Shown: positions 54,923 to 64,000 of the stretch, in pieces
Layout: every line of letters begins with the position of its first letter
Position numbering within the stretch: the stretch's first letter is position 1
DNA from: the human T2T-CHM13v2.0 reference genome, Homo sapiens
Direction: 5' to 3' (one strand)
DNA: 64,000 bases
Assembly: GCF_009914755.1 (NCBI RefSeq)
Contig: NC_060927.1
Notes under the pieces: model-generated
Databases searched by the model: none
Told to the model about the DNA's origin: nothing
What the model saw: only the letters and a program-made list of their open reading frames with translations
Made by a program: the position numbers and the translations under genes

Positions 54923-55559
54923 AACTTCTCATTTTGTTCATGCATTATTTCCTGATTTCTTTTAGTTATCTATCTGTTCTCTTGCATCTCATTAAGCTTC
55001 TTTAAGATGATTATTTTGAACTCTTCATTAAGAAATTCATAGATCTCCACTTCTTTAGGGTCATTTATTGGAGCTTCATCGGTTGCTTTTGGTGGTGTCA
55101 TGTTTGCATGATTCTTCATGATCCAGGTCGCTTTGTGTTAATGTCAGTGCCTGTGAAAAAGCAAGACTGGTTTTGGCAGGTAAGGAGTTTCTCTTATGTC
55201 CCCAGACTAATGGGAATACTTCTCATATCACATTTGGGCAAGGTTGAAATCAGGTCATATGACTTCTGTTGGTTTCACAATGGAGTCTGAAGTTGGTGGG
55301 CCTCTTTCCAGGAGTTCAGGTGAGTGTGGATCCTGTCAGGTCCCTGAGTAGCCTGGACTGCCTTCAGGACCTTGGTCAATAGAGCTGAGGCAAGGTGCCC
55401 CAGTTGGTTGCTCAAGTGGCAGGCCAGTTACAGATGTACAGACTGTTGTGGCTCCCACTGATTCCCTGAGAATGCTCCTGCCAGGTCACTGGGTGGGTTC
55501 CTGGGCAGGCAGGACTAGCCCCAGACCTCAGCTGAGTCATGCTTGAAATGAGACACAGG

Positions 55560-56160
55560 GCTGCTTCAGGGACCAAGGTCTTCAGGCTTGCCTCCAGTGG
55601 CACAGATAGGTGTTTCTCCCTTGGGTCCCTGGGTGGGCGGGACTGCTCCTAGACCATGGCTGAGAGGGGCTAGAGGCAGGTTATCAGGCCACTTTAAGAT
55701 CCAAAGTCAGACTAAGTTTAGTGGTCCTGCCTCTAGACAGGTGTGTCTCTCTTGAGTTACTGGGAATGCAAGACCACTCAGACTGTGGCTAGGAGGGACT
55801 GGATCTGGGTTACAGGGCCATTTCAAGATCCACAGTCAGACAAAGGTCTGCAGGTCTGCCTCCAGAGACACAGATGGTCATGTTTCTCAGTGGATCCTGA
55901 GTGGGCAGAACTATGCCTGGACTGTGGCTGGGAAAAGCTGGAGCCAGGTTACAAGGCCCCTTTAAAATCTTCAGTCAGACTGAGGTCTGCAGGTCTGCCT
56001 CCAGAGGTATAGACAGATGTATCTCCCAGCAGGTCCCTGGATGGGTAGGACTTCTCCTGCACTGCAGTTGGGAGGGGCTAGAATTGGATTTGCAGGCTAC
56101 TTTAAGATTTGCAGTGAGATCAAGATCTATAGGTATGCTTCCAGGGGTATAGATGGGAGT
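55560..56160. repeat. Degenerate tandem array, ~139-bp monomer
   Basis: Anchor cctccag-like motif at 55591, 55730, 55859, 55998, 56138 (spacing 139/129/139/140). Confidence 0.85.
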
Positions 56161-56757
56161 GGGGGCCATCCTCCTTTTGGTACAGAGAAAAGAAGGTTCT
56201 GGTCTTTGTATATAATAACTTTAAATGAAAGTACTGCTTCCTACTTATAAGTCAGGTAAGGAAGTGCTCAAATTTCTCTCTCCTTGTCTAGACCTTCCCA
56301 TTTTCCATGGATCTTCATCTATCCAGGACCATTATCTGCCATGTCCATTATCAAACAGTGTTCAGACATGCATTGTTTGAACATGTGCAACAAATGTCTG
56401 CTAAGTCATACGAGGAAGACTCAAATAAGTCTGTGACCATAGAACTGCTCTATTTTGACTTTCAGTTGCCACTATCTGTAGCCTCAGTACACAATTGGAT
56501 TTGTTTGTATATTATTTCTGCTGCAAAACATAATTCATTAAATAATGAGCCAGAGTGAAGAAAGTGAGTTCAGGGTGACTCTTGTTTATGCAGGAGTGAG
56601 AAATTAACAACAGGAGTCTTTAACACAGATTCCAGTGTTGGTACCTTAGGTCCCAAGTATTTTCTGCCGTAGGATTGGAAAACAAATCTGTATTCTCTTC
56701 CTTTCTTTTTTTCTTCTGCTCCTCCTCCAAAAAGAATGGCATGAAAGAATGGTTGCT

Positions 56758-57105
<348 letters not shown>

Positions 57106-58131
57106 CTACCTTCAACTTTGTTACCTTTTGTTAAGTCAGCTTTGTTAGCTGACTTAATAAGGCAATCTAAGACAGAAAAAGAGAACCCCTATGAACTAGT
57201 GAATCAAATAAGAAAGAGATGAAAAAAATAAATTATACAACTGGTGGTTCGGAAAATGAGGTGTACTCAAATAATGGGCATGCTGCATGCCATCTAAAAT
57301 GGTTTGTCTTTTTTTCCTAGTGATTCTTGGTCATTGGTAAGTTCCACTTTTACATTTAAACTACAAATCCTACCTAATTCCATCAATAATATCTTAATTA
57401 CTACCTGTTTTAATAATAATGCCAGTATACATTTGTTTAGTACTCTGTCTACTTTCAGGGCCCTTCTGGATATATAATCAGTTTGAAACCTCATACTAAC
57501 CCTTTGTAATCAGTCAGGCTTTATCATTTTACAGAGGAGGATATGGTCACACCCTGGTTAAGCAGGTGACTCAGCAAGTTGATAACATTTCTTGGAAGAG
57601 TAAGATAATGCTAGTAATCATAGTTTGATTTCAAAATTAATTTTTTGTTTAATCTGTGATGATTCAAAACAAAGAAACAATAACCAAAAATGCTAGAGAT
57701 AGATACCATATCACAGGCTCTACAGAACATGTTACTTTTAAAATGTTATTCTTTATGATCAGCATTTAGTTTTTATTGCTGTTGGGCTATCATACTTCTT
57801 GTTAACCAATAATATAGGCATAAATTAGATCAAAAATAGCATTAGTATTTCTATTAGTTAAAATTTAGGCGTTCTTTTTGTTTTAAAGGCAAACTATAGG
57901 AAAAATTTGGACATTTCTAATCTAAAGGTAACCCCTCATAGAAATAAATGCAGGATGTATAATTATTCCCCACAAAGGTACAGGTAAGAACAAACCATAT
58001 AGTTCAAAAGCTGCTGTAAAATAGCATTTAAAAATCAGAAGCCAAGAGCAAAGCATAGGAGAAAGCCTATCCATATCAGTTACAACAGTAAACATAAATA
58101 GGATGAAAAAATATGTAAGATATAAATTCTT

Positions 58132-58464
58132 GGCCAGGCGCAGTGGCTCACATCTGTAATCCCAGAACTTTGGGAGGCCGAGACAGGCAGATGATCTGAG
58201 GTCAGGAGTTCCAGACCAGCCTGGCCAACATGGTGAAACCCCCTCTCTACTAAAAATACAAAAATTAGTTCAGCATAGTGGCGCATGCCTGTAGTCTCAA
58301 ATACTCAGGAGGCTGAAGCAAGATAATCACTTGAACCTGGGAGGCAGAGATTGCAGTAGCCGAGATCATGCCACTGCACTCCAACCTGAATGACAGAGAG
58401 AGACTCCATCTCAAAAAAACAAAAAACAAACAAAAAAAAACTCAAAATAGTAAAAAAAAAAAAA
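58132..58464 (+). mobile_element. Alu (AluS) with extended A-rich tail
   Basis: ggccaggcgcagtggctcac; ctgaggtcaggagtt. Confidence 0.9.
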
Positions 58465-58628
58465 GTCTCAAAATAGTCAACAAACAAAATCCATCTATAT
58501 GATATTAATAAGAGATTCACAAAGACTAAAAGTAAACAGGCTAAGTATAATCAAATACAAACAATGAAAACAAATGTCACAATATTAATGATAAAAATAA
58601 AGTATAAGGTGAAAGATATGAAATGGGT

Positions 58629-59068
58629 GTGTCATGTCAGGAGTATCAGGGTTTGATGGAAAGAGAACATACACCTATTGTAAGGTTAAATTCAGTTTCT
58701 TATTTTATCATCCAAGAACACATGATCTCATGGCAAGCAAAGTGGCCTTTCAGGGTTGGCACAAACATGGCATGTGACATCACCACTCCTTCAGCCTCAG
58801 AATCCCTAACAGGACCAGCCCCTGATTTCCTGATCTCTGCAAAGTAGAGGGTTGCTCTTTGCTACCCCATTAAATTCAGCGTTCACACCCCCATTCTGGA
58901 GGAATGCTGTTCATGCACTTCTGTTTAAAGGAACGCTGACCAAATTCAGCTTTAACATACCCACCTTCTTAGCTGGGAAGAGAAAGCAGAGCCAGAGCTG
59001 GGGGACCTTGGAAGAGTCTCTGCCTCCAGCTCTTTACTGTTCCAGAAAGCCCATTTTTTTTCTTCACA
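58629..59068 (-). mobile_element. Probable ERVL solo LTR (MER70-like, tentative)
   Basis: TG...CA-bounded ~440-bp GC-richer block within AT-rich L1M remnants; family name from memory only. Confidence 0.45.
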
Positions 59069-59780
59069 GGGATAGAAGAGTCATTTCTTGCCAGTCCATG
59101 GTGGAATTTATAGTGAAGATCTAATTGTCATGACCTTAACGTATGTGATAATGTTGACTCAAAGTTATAGTCAACTTACTAGAAATAAAAAGCAAAGACA
59201 AAAGTATAGTAAAAAGATATTTTCACTTGCTTCTTGACAGATATGAACACAGAAATAAGTACAGAGAGAATTTGGATAAAGTTGATGTAACAGATAATAA
59301 AGGACTCATTGAGCACTCACCATGGGCTGTTATTTTCTCTCTTTTACAGATGAGGAAACAAGGCACAGAGTGGGGAGGAACGTGCCTAAGCAGCCTGGTT
59401 AATAGACCATGCTTTTAACCACTTGCTCTCTTGCCTTTAAATAGGATGAGCATAACCAGAACGCTGTGATAGTCAAAGAGAGTAGTATTGATGTCAGGAC
59501 AACAGGTGTAGAGTATTCCATCTCACCAGGCCATATTGTCCTCCCAGCTGTAAACACATTTTTTTGTCCAACAAACAGAACACATCTTTTCCATTGCTTG
59601 TGAAACATTTACAAAAATTGTTCATAGGAAAAACTTCTATAATTTTCATAAGGCAGAAATTGCATAGCCCTTACTCTCTGATCCCAGTGCAGTTATTATA
59701 CAATGCATCATACCAGTCATCCAAAGGTGGAATACCATAGTCATCCTAATATCAAAAAAGTATTTGACAAAGGTCAACCT

Positions 59781-59901
59781 TCATTCTCAATTATTTAACA
59801 ATTTCAAGTTAGTAAACTAAGAATGTTATTCATTGCCATTTGCCCTCATTCTCAATTATTTAACAATTTCGAGTAAACTAAGAATGTTATTCATTGCCAT
59901 T
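59781..59901 (+). repeat. Local tandem duplication (~60 bp x2)
   Basis: tcattctcaattatttaacaatttc...agtaaactaagaatgttattcattgccatt at 59781-59840 and 59846-59901. Confidence 0.92.
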
Positions 59902-60067
59902 AGGAGGCCTAATGGATATCATAGATCTCCCTAGCTGAGATCAAAACAAATAAAAATGTAGATGTAAAGCAGGTATAGATAAAAATAGACATACAATGTA
60001 GAATAGCATAAATATAAATATCTAATGTGCGTATACATGTAAGTAGTGTGGATAAAAGTGCCACCTT

Positions 60068-60632
60068 TGCCTGTAATACCAGCACTTTGGGAAGCCAAGG
60101 GGGCAGGAGGATTACTTGAGTCCAGGAATTCAGGACCAGCCTGGGCAACATAGTGAGGATCCCCATCTCTACAAAAAATAAAAAATTAGCCGGGCTTGGT
60201 GGTGCATGCCTGTAGTCCTAGCTCTTTTGGAGGCTGAGGTCAGATGATTGCTTGAGCCTGGAAGTTCAAGGCTGCAGTGAGCCATGATTATGGCACTGCA
60301 CTCAGCTTGGGCAACAGAACGAGACCTTGTCTCAAAAAAAACAAGGGCCGGCGGACGCGGTGTCTCATGCCTGTAATCCCAGCACTTTGGGAGGCCGAGG
60401 TGGGTGGATCATTTGAGGTCAGGAGTTCAAGACCAGCCTGGCCAACATGGCAAAACCCCATCTCTACCAAAAATACAAACATTAGCCAGGCGTGGTGGCC
60501 GGCACCTGTTATCCCAGCTACTCACAAGGCTGAGGCAGGAGAATCGCTTGAACTCAGGAAGCAGAGGTTGCAGTGAGCCGAGATCACGCCACTGTGCTCC
60601 AGCCTGGGTGACAGCTCGAGACCCTGTCTCAA

Positions 60633-60663
<31 letters not shown>

Positions 60664-60665
60664 CA
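60068..60665 (+). mobile_element. AluJ (60068-60340) with an AluS (60346-60648) in its tail, followed by (CA)n
   Basis: A single TSD aagtgccaccttt brackets both Alus. Confidence 0.9.
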
Positions 60666-60735
60666 AGTGCCACCTTTTTAGCAACCAAACTTGAATTTGA
60701 GATCATGGTTTAGATTTATGAGCCATGTGGACTTG

Positions 60736-61193
60736 TGTGTTAGTTTTCTGTGGCTTCTGTAGCATATCACAAATTTGGTGGCTTAAAACAACAGAAATTC
60801 ATTCTCACAGTTTTGGAAGCCAGAAGTCTGAAATCAAGATGTCAGCACAACTGCACTCGCTCTGGAGGTTGTAGGGAAGAATGTATTGTTTGCCTCTTCC
60901 AACTTCTGGCTGCCAACATGCCTGGATGGGACCACATCACTCCTGTCTGCTTCTTTTTCACGTTATTGTCTTCTCTTCTGTTTGTCTTAAATCTCCCTCT
61001 GCCTTTGTCCTATAAGGATATTTGTCATTGGATTTAGGGCCCACCCAGATAATCCAGGATAATCTCCTTATCTCAAAATCCTTAATTTAATTACATCTGC
61101 AAAGACCCTTTTTCCAAATAAGGTAACATTCACAGGTTCTGGGGATTAAAATAAGGACATATCTTTGTGGGGGCTACCATTCAACCCATTACA
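60736..61193 (-). mobile_element. MaLR solo LTR (MLT1C-like)
   Basis: tgtgttagtttt...ggcttaaaacaacagaaatt...acatctgcaaagacc...ttaca; 5-bp TSD acttg. Confidence 0.85.
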
Positions 61194-61558
61194 ACTTGTG
61201 ATTAACATGAACCCTTAATTAGAAAGACCTTTAAAATCAGTGTCAATGTGGAGCCTTGTGGTGGAGAGATTGTGTGCTCTCTGCAAGGAGGTTAGTCCAA
61301 AGGAGGGAAGAGGCAGAACTGAGATGTTCATGCATAGGTCGTTCTAGATGCACTGACCAGAGAAGTTACTACTTCTCCCAGTAAGGTGAGTGAATGGACA
61401 GAAAGGCCCTCAGTGTTACAGAAACCTGGAAGGAGGAGAAAAAATAAATGTTTCTGCTAAATTGCTATAATTACATGTATATACACGTACAGGCTATTTG
61501 TCTTTATTTTAATTGACTATTAAAGTAAACATGTACAAGTTGTAAAAGAAGAAATAGC

Positions 61559-61931
61559 TTTAATTTTTTTTAAATTATACTTTAAGTTCTAGGGTACATG
61601 GGCACAACGTGCAGGTTTGTTACATATGTATACATGTGCCATGTTGGTGTGCTGTACCTGTTAACTCGTCATTTATATTAGGTATATCTCCTAATGCTTT
61701 CCCTCCCCCCTCCCCCCACCCCACAACAGGCCCTGGTGTATGATGTTCCCCTTCCTGTGTCCAAGTGTTCTCATTGTTCAATTCCCAGCTATGAGTGAGA
61801 ACATGCGGTGTTTGGTTTTTTGTTCTTGCGATAGTTTGCTGAGAATGATGGTTTCCAGCTTCATCCATGTCCCTACAAAGGACATGAACTCATCCTTTTT
61901 TATGGCTGCATGGTATTCCATGGTGTATATG
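61559..61931 (-). mobile_element. 5'-truncated L1PA4/5-like 3' end
   Basis: attatactttaagttctagggtac; TSD agaaatag. Confidence 0.92.
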
Positions 61932-62029
61932 AGAAATAGTTGAAATTTTTATAAATAAAAAGGTAATTTTTAATGTATTTCCTTTTAACTGCTGTAAGGA
62001 CCTTATTCAGAAAGGCATAATAGCCTATT

Positions 62030-62430
62030 TAATAACATATAAACAGTATATTTATTGTGGATTCAAAACATGAGAAAGTTATGGAGGAAAACAAGTGATA
62101 ACCACAAAATTCAGGATAGTGATTACCTCTGAGGAGTTCCTGAGAGAGAAGGATGCGGGATTGAAGAGGAACTTCAGAGGTGATAGAATGTTTTTTTTCT
62201 AACAGGAGCAGTGAGTACACAGGTGTTCATGATACCAGTATTTTATCAGTAGAGGGCTTGTTAAAACAGTGCTGGATGGCACCCCGTGGGGTGTCTAATG
62301 TAGTAGATTGGGATGGGGCCCAACAATTTCCATTTCTAACAAGTTCACTGTTGATGCCAGTTCTGCTGGTGTGAGGACAGGACTTCTTATGCATTTTATA
62401 AATTATCTTTTATATCCATTCACTGTTGTT
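62030..62430 (+). mobile_element. Ancient L1ME-type 3' remnant interrupted by a MER5-like piece (~62240-62385)
   Basis: aaattcaggatagtgattacctct ... gtacacaggtgttcat motifs. Confidence 0.6.
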
Positions 62431-62549
62431 AAAAAAATTTTTTGTAGAAAGAGTATAAAAAGCAAAGTCTGTTTTTTTAACTCCCTGCTCTGGGATAAGG
62501 GTGGATTTGCTTTTACTTAGTAGTCACAGAGAGGTAGGTGCCTTCCCAG

Positions 62550-62770
62550 TAGAGCTAGCATAGTTAAAGGTACAGATTCCAGAGTTAAACTGCCTATGTT
62601 TGAATCTTGGCCCCACCATATTATAGGTTGTATGACCTCGGGCAAGGGTTTTAGTCTCTCTATCCCTCAGTTTTCTCATCGTTAACAATATCTATCTTGT
62701 TGGGTTGCAGTGAAGATCAAATGAGTCAATATAGGTAAAGCCCTTGGTATGGTACCTGGCCGATTAGGAA
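62550..62770 (+). mobile_element. MIR
   Basis: tttgaatcttggcc...tgacctcgggcaag...cctcagttttctcatc core. Confidence 0.75.
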
Positions 62771-62786
62771 GGGCCAGTTGCTGCTA

Positions 62787-62825
62787 TTAGGTTGGTGCAA
62801 AAGTAATTGTGGTTTTTGCCATAAT
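62787..62825 (+). mobile_element. MADE1 (Hsmar1-derived MITE) half
   Basis: ttaggttggtgcaaaagtaattg terminal repeat. Confidence 0.75.
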
Positions 62826-64000
62826 ACTCTAAGGTATCAGACTTATTCCCTGGGGGTTTCCATCCTGGAGGTGCTATTGAGTGTATTTATTCCTTGCTCT
62901 CCAGAGAGGACCTCCTGCCATAATCAGGTTCCCCATAAGAAGCCACTGGTCTTTCTTTGCCTCTAGCTGCTGCTTTTCTTGCTAATAGAGAAATAGGTAC
63001 TTGGAGGAAGTAGTATTCTTTGAAACCTTCATATTTCACCTTGAAGTTTTTCTTATTGATTATTATAATGTATTAGGCTTTTAAACCAACTGAGAAGTGG
63101 AGACTCCTCCAAATGGTGTAATGAGAGGTTTTGATCTTTATTGCCCTGGATGTTAAGCTATAGTGAAGATTGTGATAATGTTTCTCCTGCCAACAGATGC
63201 TCTCTAAAATTCTCAAGGAGTTACTTACTTGATTTTTCAGTCAGTTCCAAAAAAGCTTTTATAGACAGAAGCAGAATTGTTTCTCCAGCTCTGTAACTCA
63301 TGCTTTTAATTTCTGCGGAATTGGTGGTGTACCTTCAGTGAGAACTTGATCAGCAAACAGCCCATTCCTATTTCCTCTCTGAGTACAGTTTTTATACTAA
63401 TCCTGGCTCACAGACAAATGTATGCATCTGGTTTCCTCATTGACATCTGGCTAACTTAAGTCTGCCAGGTTCATAAGGCATGAACCCTAATTCCCAGACT
63501 TTCTCCATCTGCCACTTCCTGTGTGGCCCTTTGTATACTTGAAATAAAATGAATTAAAGTAGTTCATTTCTACCTTTGAGTATTGATTAGACATTGATTA
63601 AGCATTGTCCTCTGATATGAAATTAAATACTTGAGGAAATCAAATCTGCTTTGTGAAAGTATAAACATTTTCATTTACTTATTCATGGTTGATTGCATGT
63701 GCCTAACATTGTAAAAATTAAGTGTATACTAACCCATTCTTTGGTTTCTGGGTGTATTAAAGTGTGAAGGAATGGTGAGATACCAGTGGCATTTTTACTC
63801 ATTCTCATCAAGAGTGAGAAGAAGAGCTATCTTGAAATGGTTGGGGGTGGGGGGAAGAGTGAGAGGAAGAGGAATAGTAAGAGGGACTTTGGGCTGTACA
63901 TCAGGGAGCTGAGACTCAGATCCCTATAGGGTCTAAATGGTATGTATTGTTTTCTCCTCTAGATTTCTAAAATTCCTTTTACCTTTAATATTCTGCAATT

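Noticed and set aside
55560-56160. Regularly spaced repeats as a CRISPR-like array
   Set aside because: Whole units are homologous with no unique spacers; eukaryotic L1 5'UTR context; no cas genes

Overview
Primate (very probably human) genomic DNA, mostly intronic and repeat-derived. Three coding exons on the + strand (26971-27052, 39666-39726, 40977-41124) splice in frame to a peptide I recognise as DOCK3 (about residues 249-346; probably exons 10-12). The rest includes the 5' part of an L1PA8-like element, a rearranged HERV-L/MLT2A provirus, a full-length L1PA6/7-like element, an old near-full-length L1M with a ~139-bp monomer array, about 26 Alus, MaLR/ERVL solo LTRs, hAT/Tc1 DNA transposons, and L2/MIR remnants. 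I see no novel protein-coding system or CRISPR-like array; nearly all listed ORFs are repeat fragments. The most unusual signal is a chain of templated segments at the HERV-L 5' end. It comprises an inverted gag duplication, a 54-bp piece matching 62143-62196 and a ~465-bp piece matching 49618-50085 in reverse, all joined at microhomologies. Also notable: a second compound inverted insertion inside the full-length L1, an orphan 226-bp retrocopy with a 16-bp TSD, an 86-nt hairpin, and a stop-free 291-nt exon module flanked by inverted Alus. Repeat subfamily names come from my recollection of consensus sequences, and repeat boundaries are approximate.
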